From contig JALMLS010000033.1 in assembly GCA_038496445.1 (NCBI GenBank), positions 1 to 64,000 of the forward strand: 64,000 bases of DNA, read 5' to 3'. How positions within the stretch are numbered: the first letter of the stretch is position 1; the number at the start of each line of letters is the position of its first letter. The notes under the pieces were generated by a model. The model was not told where the DNA came from. It was given only the letters and a program-made list of their open reading frames with translations, and ran no database searches. This document shows positions 36,713 to 50,280 of the stretch, in pieces. The DNA comes from Trichosphaerium sp. ATCC 40318 (Eukaryota; Protista; Tubulinea). The position numbers were made by a program, and so were the translations under genes.

Positions 36713-38603
36713 GTGTTGTTGCTTGAGTTGTTGTTTGAGAAAATAAGTGTGATGTGGCAGCAAAATAGGTTTAGTTTTCATCTTTTCAGATTTGTGATTT
36801 CGTTCGGCAAAAATGCGCCGCAAGTGAAAACGTAAAAACTCACTCAAATACAGTATTTCTGTGATGTCAACATATATCTGAACTGATATGTTCAACTCCG
36901 GCACAAAGTTCATGTTTTATTTTCGCTAAAATCGATGCGACAGAATAAATTTGATAAAATACACTATCCTCTGTTTACATAAAATCTAACGCTTGGAATC
37001 TAATATTGACTATTTTCATACGTGATTTTATAGGAGGAACGCAAAAATTAGATTATTATTCAGAAACAGCCAAGTTCCACATTAGATTAGGTCTTTTCTT
37101 GTTTTTTCATGAATTTCAAGTGCGTAAAATACAACTCCTTTTAGGAGTTGTCATGTACATCCTATTAGAGTGTCACAAGCGTAAAAAACTGATTGTATCG
37201 ACAATGTTTTTTTTAAAAGTAGGCTTTTGCGTACAAGAACTTTTTCATTTTATCTGTAAGTAACAATAGCCGATAAGCTATGGCTCGTCCATACAAGACC
37301 AATATGTTTGCTACCGCAAGTGTTTTAAAACAGAAAATGACCTTACAATTAATTGGGTTGCTATTGACAACTAGTCTGCACTACTTTCTATTCCTGAGCG
37401 TGTACAATAGAGATGTACTAATAAACCTTAAAATACCTTAGCAGAACTCAAATCACGGATGTCAACGTCATGAATAACAATAGTGTTGCATTGCAGTCTA
37501 GTAGATAAAACGTTGCCCATCTCACGGTGATTGTACAAAATAATATCACAGATTTATGCAGGCCCTATAGTGACACATGATACTCTCCAGTCAAAATAAG
37601 GGACTGTGAGTTGAGGACTCGGAAGACACTCTATCCCGGGTTCATAATTTTACGATCAATAAGCTTACAAAGTAGGTGAAACCTTCGAGAAAAGTGAAAT
37701 AAGTTGCCAAATAATTGATTTTTTTAACAAGCTACAATCTTCCAGGTACAATAAGCAATCGTTAAAACAATATTTTACAATGATAGCCTTTAGAGAATAT
37801 TACTTTAATGGAGATACACTGGTTTTGATAAAAATTCTATAGGCCACTAGTTAGAAAGAATCATGGCGATTACTATAGAAGTCACTTTTGTCAATTGAGA
37901 CTGAATTCAAGGCCGCTTGAAGAAAAATACATTATACATCTAGAAAGTAACACATAGATTTGTACTTACTGTACAGCGCTCTGCAGCCGCCCAATATTAC
38001 TTTGCAAAGGAAATAAAAAATTAGCTAAAATAAATGCAACGCAATAAAATTTGTAAAATACATGTGAACTTATTTTTGGCGACAACAAAAATTATATGCA
38101 AGCGCTAGTGAAAATTGTTATACTAATGTTCAATGCTTTTTTGAGCTCCGCAAAGGAACTTTTTGGCAAAATCACGAAAAACCACGTGAATCATCTGTTA
38201 CCGTTCTCAGTTTCACATAATTTTTCTACATTGTCTCCGTTGCCCTTGATTACATGAAATGTCAATAAATAGCAGGGTCGGATGAGTTTGGTACCCACTG
38301 GGATTTGGTTGTTTTATTTTGCCTATTCCTGCGACAACTTGTTTTTATGCTATCAAAACATGTTATGCTACAAAGTTTGAACTAACTCTTTGTTAAAAGC
38401 CATTCATTGATTGTGAACGTTAACTCAGATTGCTTATTGTCCATTATTATCATCATAAGTTCTATGCAGAGAGACGAGATTTGTTCAGGCTTCATTTGAA
38501 GGAGTCGTTTCTCATGAAACCCATCTTAAAAGATGAAAATTGGCAAGTTTTTGTGTTGCCACATCACACTTATTTTCTCGAACAACAACTCAAGCAACAA
38601 CAC

Positions 38604-41600
38604 ATGAGCAAATCACTTCTAATCATAATACTGCTGGTTTTATACCTTTCAGGCGTTGATGCCAATAACAACGAAGAGCAGGTACAGTATCTTCATTTGG
38701 GTTAAACCCGATGATACTTATCTACAATAAAAGGAAAAACCACGGGTTGTATGGTGCACAACCTATGACTGCGTTGAGGTAACACCCTCGGAAACCAAAA
38801 GAAACATTGAACAGATCCAGATTGTACGTATTTTGATTGTTTAAATCAAGGTTACCTTGCATTTACCTCTGATATCGTCATCAACTTTTTTGTAATTTCT
38901 TTCTGTCTAGGTTACAACTTCAAGTGTCTCGTGGGAGATAGATTACCTTGATGTCGGTACAGGATTCAACGACCCGACAGATGGCGCTACAAGACGTCAG
39001 GTCCTTGAATCGGTATTGTTGGATGTTGGTAACACGTTTGCCTTACCAACAGGAGTTCCATCAGGTACTTTTTTGGTTTGAAAAGTAGTAGAGCCATTAC
39101 CCTTTTGTTGTAAAACTGTCGTTTCGTTAACATTTGATTTTATAGTGCAGATCCACATTGAAGTACAACAGTCATTAAACACGGTAGCACCTCTACTTGC
39201 AAAAGCGGGACCGTTGTTTACTCTGGCTGCTGGATTTCAAACACCTTATCCAATACAAGCTTATTTGACTGGAACAAACCCTACTTTTGGTACTTACCCT
39301 CACATCCGTGTTCAAGTTAACTTTGGAGGACAACGTGCGTTTCTGCTTTTTTACCAATTTTTTGTCAACAGAGCTACAACTTATGACTCACACATTTTTT
39401 CTTGTAGCTTACCATTACGGTGCTGGTACTCCTCCTATCAACCAAGTTGATTTCTACTCTGTCATGCTTCATGAACTTACGCATGGTCTTGGATTTGTAA
39501 GTAACATTGGTCCTCTCGGAGGAGGTATTAGGCCTAACTCTGTGGTATGTTCTTTTCAAGCAACGAGTTTTTTCTTTACTAACTTTTGTTTTAGCTTTAT
39601 CGAACTTCCTTTGATAGACACCTCAAAGTCGCTTCTACAAACACTCCACTATTAGATGCCACTGGAGCATTCATGGTAGCATCCGGAGCTCCAACGTACA
39701 TAAAACTCTTACCTACAAAGTCAGCTCAACACTAATTTCAACGTTCTAGTGGAGGTTTGGGTCAAATTGTGTTCGATTCTGTGGATACTACTGATTGCCC
39801 AAGAGTCGGAGAGACACTTCCTGTCATCTTTACACCATCCATTTATGTGTTTGGTACAAGCATCGCACATTTAGATACATTAGTTCATCCTGATGCTGTT
39901 ATGCGTCCTAGTATAGCATCACAACAACTCAGACGATCATGGACTGTTGAAGAAATATCTATCTTGTACAGTACGTTTTGTGTGATTTCTGTTGTAATCT
40001 TTCTTACGCTCTGTGTGTAGCTTTGGGATGGAGATTCAGTACCAATCAAACATGTAGTCAACTGTTCGGTAGTTTAACACCAACAACTCAAGCACCAACA
40101 GGTCCACCAACGACTCTATCACCAACACCGCCATATGAGCCAGTACAACAATGCTTAAGTATGTTTGGACTATTTCCTACAGGTACGAACTTTGTCAAGT
40201 TTTGTTACTGGTTTTGGCACGTGCCAAAAGATTTGGCGTTTTATAGTCTACTTCGCTCTCTTATTTCTTTCTAGGTGTCGATGATGCGTTTAATGCCATT
40301 ACTGCAACGCAAATCGGTTTCTATGGTCCTCCAACCTCTCCTCCTGAAACACATTGGCAAGTATGTGGGAGTAATCAAACAAATTTTGGCAATTGTTGGG
40401 GAGATCCAACATCTAATACACCGAACCCTTGTTGCTTGGCATACACTGCTGTTCCACAACAGAACTGGGCTCAACAAACAAATGTGAACTTCTTAATGCC
40501 ACCTGTACGTATTCCAAGTGCCAATCTACAATCAATTCTAAAAAAGGAAAGGGAGCTTGGATCAGAGCATACGGTCGCCCTGTAGAGGCAACAATTGAGT
40601 ATGCCACTGACTTTGAAATTCCCGAAGGTACATATCTTGTAAAACGGTTTTTACATGTGTTAAACAATCGTACTTAGAATGTGTGAATCCAGTATTAAAA
40701 GGACGCTGTTGGGTTGATAATTTCATGAACGACACTCGTATTAATGGACAACGTTTTAATATGCCTTGTGTTGCTTTCAGCGAGACAGATATTGCGAATA
40801 TACCAGTATTTCAGCTTACAAGAGCCAATGGACTTGTTACGGGACCTAACCACCTTCGTGTTATTACAGAAAACGCTGGCAGTGTATACGGACTTCAAGT
40901 AGTTTGGGAAGGATGCTCATGCGCTCCTGTGCCACCTACATTTGCACCAACAGTTCCTACACCACCCACAACAACACCTCCTACAACAATGGCACCAACA
41001 CCTGAACCTTGTTTTGTACCAACTCTCGGTACTGGAATATCTACTGATTGCGATGTAAATGTTGCCCTCAGTGATGCCAGCTTTATTGCAACACAACAAT
41101 GTAACCAGTACGTCTTATTTGTTCACTTTAGATGTTACAAAGCTTACTTATTTGTTTAGGACATGTAGTGGTATGGGACTTCCTGTTCATGAGGTTGGCG
41201 AATGTCAGGTTATTAATGAAGCAGTATTGCGTCTTCCATGTTGTCCAGGAAACTCGTTCTTTGAAGTGACAGTCAAATGTGCTTGTTGTTGTGATTGTAG
41301 TACGTTGCTCATTGCTTATTAGTGTCTAATTGTTAACCACTCATGTAGCTGGCGTGGTACCAACAGCTTCACCTACAACTCTACCACCCACGGAACCTCC
41401 AACAACAGCTTCTCCTACCACAGCTGCTCCAACAAACGCACCTACACTTGTACCTACAATATCACCAACAGCTCCACCAACTGCACCTCACGTACTTGAT
41501 AGTGTATTCATATGTTTTCGCTTACATGTTTTAATAGAGCGGTGGATGTTGCTACTATGATCCAACAACTGACGATTGTGTTGACAATGGCTGTGTTGCA

Positions 41601-41903
41601 AATAGTGATCGAGTGGGTTCAGATTTGGAATGCAGGAGATATGACTACTTTCCTCTGATAATTGGAGGTAAACAAACAACTCTAGTAGTATTGAAACCTG
41701 TTCTAATCCTTTTAATAGCGGCAAGAGTAACAGAATGCTCATGTACTTCTCCTGACCTTGATGGTCTTTGTACTGTACAACCTAGCCTCAGAGGGAATGT
41801 TTGCATTGACAATGGATGTACGGATAGATTACAGACTGTAGGACCAAATAATTACCTTGGATGTACCTTGTTTGGCAATGAATGTCAATGTTCAGTCTGC
41901 TAG
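38604..41903 (+). CDS. Secreted zinc-metalloprotease-like mucin protein, copy B (inverted paralog of copy A)
   Basis: Same signal peptide, HELTHGLGF motif, GTSIAHLD...AVMRP and exon structure as copy A. Confidence 0.8.
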
Positions 41904-42249
41904 TTGAAAACAAGAGTGACATTATTATAATTTAACCCTCCTGTACCTTAATAAAGAAGAATTGGCTATTCGTGTTTGAAACATTTTGAATTGCAGAAAT
42001 AGAACTGTTTGTCAAAAGTAGCAGTCTTGAATCATTTATCGTCAAGAATTCTTGAACCTAGCAGCATTACTTTATAACATAACTAGCCTTATTGAGTATC
42101 ACAATCATTGTTTTAATATGCTTACTTCTTGGTAGGACTACATGATCACTTTGGTGTCAGGACTACTTCCAAGAAAAAAATCTGTGTAATTAAAAGAATT
42201 CTGTGAATAACTGACACAATATTTATAATTAATCCTCGTCATAATCACT

Positions 42250-43141
42250 ATGAGCACCAACAAGAAGAAATTAAGCCCTGCAGATATTTCAAAGCAGCTG
42301 GATAACGAAATGCTGCCTTTGGAAATAATAATAGAAATACTGTCTCATTCTCCTCCCAGACACATTTTTAGCACGTATCTGAGTCTTTCAAAGCGTATAA
42401 ATGAACTATTACGCGGATCAAAACATATTTGGTTCAATGCTTTCAAAAACGAATGCAAGGCGTACAACCACTGGATATGGGAGTATTTGAACTATCACCA
42501 AAGCTTCGGAGACGAAACCGCTAACATTTGCATCCTACCAACTGGTACTCCGTAAATATCACTCTAAACGCCACTAACACATACTGATAGGCGAGTACAG
42601 CACCACTAAAACAAAAGAAGAGGCAATACAAAAAGTTAAAGACTTTGTTCCTAAAATAGAGTCCGGAGACTCAAAATACTGGTATTCTAAGTACAGAGTT
42701 TGGCTTGTCGGACAGCGACTTGAACAATTATTAAAAGGAGTTCGTTTTGTAAATTATACAGCAAACAATGATGCCTTCTTTAAGGCATTCTACCTTCAGT
42801 TAACACCAGAAGATGACTCTGAACAGCCTGTTTTCCAAGTATTTGACAGATTATTTAAGGACATGCCAAAAGAGCACAATGAACATTCAGGATTGATTGA
42901 CTTGCTTGCACGGTCTAAGATTAGAACAGAGGAGTATGTTAATGAAGGTGAAGAGGAGTGGAAGGCAAATTTTGATAAACTTGAGGCAGGTTATTTAGAA
43001 ATAGCCGATGCCAAGTATAGGTTGTTTAATTACGCATCACACAGTCTTGGAGAATGGCAGAACAATGTGGTTTTGATATATGCTATTTGTATTGATTGTG
43101 ATTGCGTTGTTGGTGTTGGTTGCGTTGTGGACAACATGTGA
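42250..43141 (+). CDS. F-box protein (two exons)
   Basis: MLPLEIIIEILSH...YLSLSKRINELL...IW F-box pattern; an intron at ~42545-42590 links to the downstream frame. Confidence 0.75.
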
Positions 43142-43599
43142 ATCCAGCAACGAAACAACAAACGCCAAACAAAAAAAATATTACACCACACCATATCTTT
43201 CTCAAGTTTTTTTGTACTCTGTAGAAAATAAACAAAAAATCGTCTGGGGCTACACTGTTTGTTGTTACGTTGTACAAACTGAAAAATGGCCAATATTGTT
43301 ACGCTGTAATTTTTATTTTTTTATTGTAAAGTACAAAACTATCTCAATTCAACAAAGACGTTTAAAAAAAAACATGAAAGTCAAGGTGTTATGCCAAGAG
43401 TTTTAGCACATGATGTGCAATAATCAAGACCATCATTACCTGTACCATCTATTTCTAGAAAGCACATACTACATATCTTTTCTGTCATATCTCTAAACAA
43501 ACAAATAAGAAAAAACACGGAAAACAAAAATTAAAAGGCATCTACTTCAGCGGCTTTCACAGATAAAACCCACGTGGTGCTTCACAAAATGTAACAAAC

Positions 43600-46500
43600 T
43601 TACGATGGGTATGATTCTCTTGGATCCACGGATCTAGATTTTCGTAGAAAGCTAAAGAAAGTACTAGCTCTAACCATGCCCTCTGACTTTTTCAGATTTG
43701 AAGGAATAGAAGGTAACGCTTGTGACATTACACTGGCACTTCTTTTCTTAATTCCACCACTATCAAGCTCATCTAATGCTACTGATCCTGCATCTGCGGA
43801 AGGTATTCTTGGCGGTTGACTATAGTCACCTCTAAGAGCAGCAAGCTTCGAATCTTTTCGAGCACGCTCATAAAGAGCAGCATTTTCCCTGCGTCGTTTC
43901 CTTCGTGTTTTGATACAACACGCTATTATACAAGCAGCCATAATAAGTACAACTACTGCGACAGCAACAGCAATTAACCACACTAACATAAACCCTAGAG
44001 CATGTAAGATTATAACCTACAAATCTGCTGTTTTTGGAGTAATAATACCGTTTGGTCCATTGTTCGGCGCTTGCTGTGTTTCTCTATCTCTTTCTCCTTC
44101 TTGCGCAAAAGGATCGTTACCAGGAACCGTGCATGCAGTCCAGTCATAGCCAGTTGCATTATTGACAATAAAGACTTGTTGAGGATCAACGAATTGTACA
44201 TTACACAACTCAACAGCAGCTTGAATAGCTGACTTCTCTATGATAAAAGTTAAGCAAGAATCAAAGTGAACATCAAAGAAAGGACCAACTCGTACCACCA
44301 AATCGCAAATCTATAGTCACGATTACATCTATATCATTTTGTTGTATATCACGTTTAGTACGAGTTGAAGATTGGACCGCTTCTAATCGACTAGGAGTTA
44401 TTTCTAGTACTTTAGCAATAACATTTTTCATAGAATCAAATCCATCGTTGATTGTGTTTGGTGTTTCTCTAAAAGAGAGCGACACTAAACTTTCTGTTCA
44501 AATCACAGTTAGCTTTAAGTCTTTAGATCTTTTGTTCATTTTATCGTACCTCTAGGACAAGGTAGAGAATTTCGGTACACGTTAACTTTGTTTCCACTGA
44601 CCCTCCAATTAGGAGTGTTGATGCCACTTGGGTATTGGTGATAAAAAAAGAAACCATGCCTTCCAGGAGAAAAGAGCTCTGGAGCTCTTTCTACTGTAAA
44701 CTGCACGTTGTTATCTGGACCATATAGCACGCGACATGGTATTGATTGGTTTGATCTATAACCAAAGTACATGCGAAACTCGTCGCCTATCTTTTCTGTA
44801 CATTCGACAAAAGGAACAATAGAACGAGGCTAAACAGAAATCTTTAGAACTAAGCAATACTATAAAACGTATATTGGAGACTTACTGGACATGTACCGAT
44901 CTGACCAGTGAAGGCAGTTGGTTGTACGGTGACTTGAGTAGGTGTACTGGTTACTACTGGTGAAGTAGGTACGTTTGTTTGGTTAGTGCTTACAGGTTGC
45001 ATTGTAGGTAGGGTGGGAGGTGAAGGTTGTGCTGGAGTGTTGGTTGTAGGTGTTTGTAGAGGGGTGGTAGGTGATTCTGGTGCACTTGGAATTGTAGGAG
45101 TGGTAGGCATTGTAGTACTAGCTGGTGATCTAGTTGGTGAAGCAGGATCTACTGGTTCTATTGGTGCTGTTGGTTCTACTGGAGCGACTGGTTCTATTGG
45201 CGCTACTGGTTCTTGGGTTGGTGCAAGTGACGTTGGTGCTGCCATCATTGATGTTGGCATGGTTGTAGGATTTATAGTGGGAGTAGTTGGCACAGCTGTT
45301 GGCATAGCTACTGGCATAGTAGTTGGCATAGTAGTTGGCATAGTTGTTGGAGTAGTTGGCATAGCTGTTGGCATAGCTACTGGCATAGTCGTTGGCATAG
45401 CTGTTGGGATAGTTGTTGGCATCATTGTTGGCATAGTTGTTGGCATAGCTGTTGGCATAGTAGTTGGAATTGAAGATGGCATCGTAGGCGTTGGTAATGG
45501 TATCATCGCATTCTATAAACATGTTAATATGTAATAAGTATACAACCAACAACATACAACAACGTTACTAAATTTGCCATCGCCTTGTGTGTTTCTTCCA
45601 ATTACACGAAATGTGTACGTGTTATTAGGTACAACAGCCATATCTGTATAATCAAGCATTGTAGTTGTACTTACAAGCTTCCAATCATTGGCAGAAAGCT
45701 TACGCTGAACCCTTGAAAACAAAAGAAGTCAGACATAAACGAATGAGAAATGTGCTTACCTGTAGTCTATTATTTCAGCGCCGTTAGGATTAGGTTTATG
45801 CCATTTCATGCTTACAGCATTGCTACTTATAGTTACAATAGATAAAATTGGTATTCCTGGAGGCGCGCGGAACGAATTATATACTAGAGTTGCGCTTGGG
45901 CGTAATGGGCAAGCAAAATCATTTAAAGTTGATGAACCATAGTTTGCCTTTTTGTAATAACATTAAGTAATGATGGAGATTGTTTGGTACGTACATCTAT
46001 TGATGCCTTGACAACTTCAGGACGCGTTTTCATGACATTGTCCAAAGATATTAGACATTGAGATAAAGCGGTACCGTCTCCGCAACCTTTAAAAAATGAA
46101 ATTAGAAAAGAGTTTCTCTTGGTTCATCCGTACCACCACGTGACTCATGACATTCATCAATACTAAATTCAGTTATTATACCATTAAGAATTTGCCTTTG
46201 TGCAGTATAAGATAGTGCTGTGTCAGCCAAAAGGCGCTATAAAATTTGTAAACTTCAATAACAATTCTTAATAGTAACAATACCAATCGTTTTTTAAACT
46301 CAGCGGAGTAACCGTTTACGACTGCTGATTTTATAATAGAGTTTGAGGATAGTAAATATGAAGGCTCAGAAGTGCCCTATGCGGATATACTTAGAACATA
46401 AGATAGTGTTGCTAGAACTTGTGCGTACATTACGTCCAAGATATAAATAATCTCCATTTATGCTCAATCTCGTCCATTTTCCGTTAAGAGGTTTGTAAAA

Positions 46501-49500
46501 CAGTTGGTTATAAAATGCATCGTCCCATACACCAACAATATTAGCCGCTGCCATTTCGCCTGTAAAAAGTAGGTTAGCACGTGGGTAACACAGTATTAAA
46601 TAAAGCCATACTTAACACCAAATTAGCATCAATATTCTCATCGATAAAAGCTTGTGTGTCAGCGTTATTTATAGTATCTACGAGCAAACCATCAAGTCCT
46701 AACAAAAAGGTTGTTTAATAAACAGTACTCACATAGCCGACGTACCATCAACAAGATTCTTAAACATGCTATGACTTTGCGAAGGGTCTGTTAAGCGCTC
46801 CTTATAAGTCTCAAGTAGTGATTAGTACCATACACGAAAAGAGGTAAACGCACTTGTCTCTCGTAAGTATAAGAGTATCGCTGCATCAGAGAGAAATCTG
46901 ATGGACAAGTTGTGCTACTTAATACCCTACAAAACAACTTAATTGATTAAGCTTATTTTTTTTTCCAAAAAATTACTCACGATGTATCTCCAGGTCCGTA
47001 TGGACCTTCATGTCCATCAAGACCTTTTGAATGAAATAAATGACCTGCTCTCTCTTCTGAGAGATGCCTACAGTTCTTGTTCCTTCTTGGAAGGGATTTT
47101 TTTATCAAATCCCGATCACTTGTTACTTTCATGGCATATCGGAAGTACCTTCCATTAACTATAAGTTATTAATATCAGTTTTATTATTGCTTGAGGATAA
47201 TATTGTTGTACCATTTGTGCGTACGAAAGATACGTCTGGAGCACTTATACCGAGTAACTGAAGTGTTCTATAATACATTGGTGTAGTGAACATTGTGCAA
47301 TCTGGGCTCATCTTGTGCAAAACAATGACACTCTCATCATCAATGAGACTCCAATTGGGTACTTCCAAGTGAAAGGAAAGACCCAAATTTGGGTCCTCTA
47401 TTGGACCCGGTGGATCAGTATCTAAATTGGACCACGAAGCCTATAAGAATAGCAATTAACATTAAGTATCCTTTTTTGTTTCTGTTTACCTGTTTTCTCT
47501 CGTGCCATGCCATCTAGCTCTTGCACTTGATACTTTGCCTGTTGGACCATGTACTAGAATAGCTGGGACCATACTATTCCATTCTTGTTGTACAATACAA
47601 TCAAAAACGCGACGATGCTCAACAGCAAAAAAAACGTTTGTGTACATTACTTCCCAATTTTCTGCTGATAAGAATATATGGAACGTGGGTGTTGTGCTTG
47701 TTTGTGTAGGTGTGATAAAGTAAGCATGATGCCGAAATGGATCTGATTTTCTTGGTGACTCTACAGTACTACAAAGACAGATATTAATGACTTTGAAAAA
47801 GATTGTTTAAAAAACAAGTGAAAGGTTTTACCTTCCGTCGAGCAATGTCATTACTATCTTGTATTTTACGACTGTATTCTCTGTATAGGATTCTGTTATT
47901 ACTCCTCTATACTGATTGAGTACAGCTGTCTATAAATAGGTGAGTATAGTTAAAAAAGATTTCTAAGTACCTTTGTTAAGATTATTTGAGCTGTTTCATC
48001 CGATGTCTGTAGTTCCTCGTTATGAGCAAAGTAGGATAAAGCAACTTGAATAACAGATGATGTATCTGGTCCGACTTCAACGAAAACTTGAAGCTAATAC
48101 GTATAAGACTTAATTGCGTGAGTAATAAAGTCATACAGGAGTTGAAGGTCTGATGGCACTCTTTGGCATATTGAAAGAAATCTTAGTGACGATTGGCTTT
48201 AATATTTGAGTATTGTCAATAACGTTTGCGGCAGCAGGTGTTGGTAGTCCTGCCTCCCAATTATAGGCATATTTACCTGGTAGATTCCAAGATTTTCTCT
48301 GTAAAGAAAACCCTTTGTATTTGAAAGTTTGCATGTTGGTGTATGGAGATTCTCCTGCAACATGAAATACTTCTCTTGAGTCACCAAGTGCATCTATTAA
48401 CCATAAGTAGAGCTATCATTATACTGTTATATTATAATATTACCTGGTGATACTGGCCATGGGAATGTGTTATTGTACTTAACGTAGTCTACAGCAAAAC
48501 CATTCTCGTTTATTAAAGCAACCTTTTATCATTTAGTTGAGAATCAATAGCTAGTCCTTACCTTTTCGCCATCATTAGATAGCTCTCCTGTATATGGTCC
48601 CAAGGAAGATTCCGGCAACATGTATAGATTATTTACTGCGATCACGTCACGTGCAATAACTGAACATGAGTTAAACTACTTGCAATTTCAAGGTACGCAT
48701 ACCCAGAAATGACTTCGCATTAATTATGGTTCCGGAAGGAAATCTGTAGTCTAATGTGTCTTGTGATACGAGACGCCAATGAGATATATCTACAGAAGTG
48801 TCTTCATTATTGTATATTTCAACAAACTCATGTCGGTCATGAATTGTGTCCTTTTGTGCGAAGTTAGATGAAAATAACCAAGAACTAGTTCGTACCTCCA
48901 AAACTGGATGATACATCAACTCAGATATTACAATATCTCTTTTGTCAAATCCGTCTATGGAACATGATTTGAATAAAGGAGGTCCACCAGGAGTGCCACT
49001 CCATTCGGAATGCCTATCACTGTCCACTACATAGATTGTTATTTAAGGTAACAACAGTTTTAATAAGATTTACAACTACGCACTTGGTACAGGCGATGGA
49101 GCCCAGTAAGACGGTTGTGTATAGTCTGTGGTATTATAGCATATCATTTCTAGCGATGAACCAAAACCACCGGCAAGTGGGTCCCAAGGAAAGTCGTCAC
49201 CAATAGTCATTTCGAATCTAATTTGTTATTATTATTCTAGGTCTTTGTTCTACAGCAACATCACATACTCTGTTTCTCCGGCAGCTGAAACAATTCTTAT
49301 AATTTGCTCAGTATCCAAAAGGTCTTTTCCATAACTTAGAGGTGATATTTTCGTATCAGGAATATTGTAAACGCTGAAGGAAAATCAACAAAAAATATAA
49401 ACAAGTAGTAGAGAAAATGTAGCAGTTTTGACAGTGTTTTACCACCACTACCAATAATTATGCCAGCGAAATTTCTTTCATTTGGTTCAAGATTTTGCAT

Positions 49501-50168
49501 CTCAGCCAGGCGAATAGGAACTCAATTACGGTACCATAGGAGGAAAAAAAACATTTCAAAAATTACTACAAATGGATTTCTCTTTTGGGAATATTGAAAT
49601 ACAAATGAGGTTAAATTTCCTTTTGAGTTTTCTTGCGCTTGTACCGCTAGCCTCACTTACGATTGAAGAGCTTCTTTGTTCCTTGCAACGACATAGTATG
49701 CTCTTGGTGCAATATTCGAATTTAATGGAAAAATATAATCACTGCCACCTTGACCTATGCCTAGAAGAGCGTTTAGAACCAGTAACTAGCTTTTAGACAA
49801 GAATTTATCCGCAGTGTTGAACCCTAAAAGGTTTTTTGTTCTAAGCGGTTGCATACCTTCAATTTTGAAACCTGTGAGCGATATTTCTTGGTCTCCAGTG
49901 TTGTAGAGCTCTAAAAATTCATATTCTTCGTCGGAAATACGAGCATTGTACATAATTTCCGATACGATAATCTATACGGCTGCATTAGGGCAAAGCAACC
50001 GTTGTACCGAAATGTCGTTGTCGGTTTTGTGAGCTGTACTATTTCGTACCTTGGAGTCAGTAATAACGCAAATAAACGCTATGAAGGCGAATAACAGCGT
50101 AATTGATGAAGCTAGAAGTAAAAAAGTTTAAAACGTGTCATAATAGCGTTATTCGTACGTGAGTGCAT
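43600..50168 (-). CDS. Type I membrane protein: signal peptide - two lamin-tail (LTD)-like domains - CotH-like domain - FN3 - mucin stalk - TM - cytoplasmic tail
   Basis: LTD-like IIVSEIMYN...YEFLELYNTG and IVISELMYHP...HEFVEIYN. CotH-like WDDAFYNQLFYKP...KWT. FN3-like PNNTYTFRVIGRNTQGDG. PTTM repeats. TM VWLIAVAVAVVVLIMAACIIACCI followed by KTRRKRRR. Confidence 0.75.
45240..45500 (-). repeat. Coding 12-bp tandem repeats (PTTM/PTAM mucin units)
   Basis: Recurrent TGGCATAGT(A/T)GT units on +; the overlapping + and alternate-frame ORFs are shadows of this repeat. Confidence 0.9.
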
Positions 50169-50280
50169 TGTTTAGTAGTACATGTGCTTGTGTGATGAGG
50201 GTGAGTTGTTCTTTAGTTACTTTATTTAAATTCTCGCTTAAACCGTTACAGCACATAATTACAGGCGCAACGGGTATAGA

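Larger units (their letters stand above)
33322..41903. repeat. Large inverted duplication: arms ~33322-36759 and ~38557-41903, with a ~1.8-kb unique spacer
   Basis: Long near-identical reverse-complement blocks, including introns and the 5' leader. Confidence 0.95.

Noticed and set aside
36760-38556. ORFs in the spacer of the inverted duplication
   Set aside because: They are short, AT-rich and motif-free; there is no support for a gene.
44986-45555. Long ORFs 44986-45534 (+, VVGI repeats) and 45130-45555 (-, YAN repeats)
   Set aside because: These are antisense and alternate-frame shadows of the PTTM mucin repeat.
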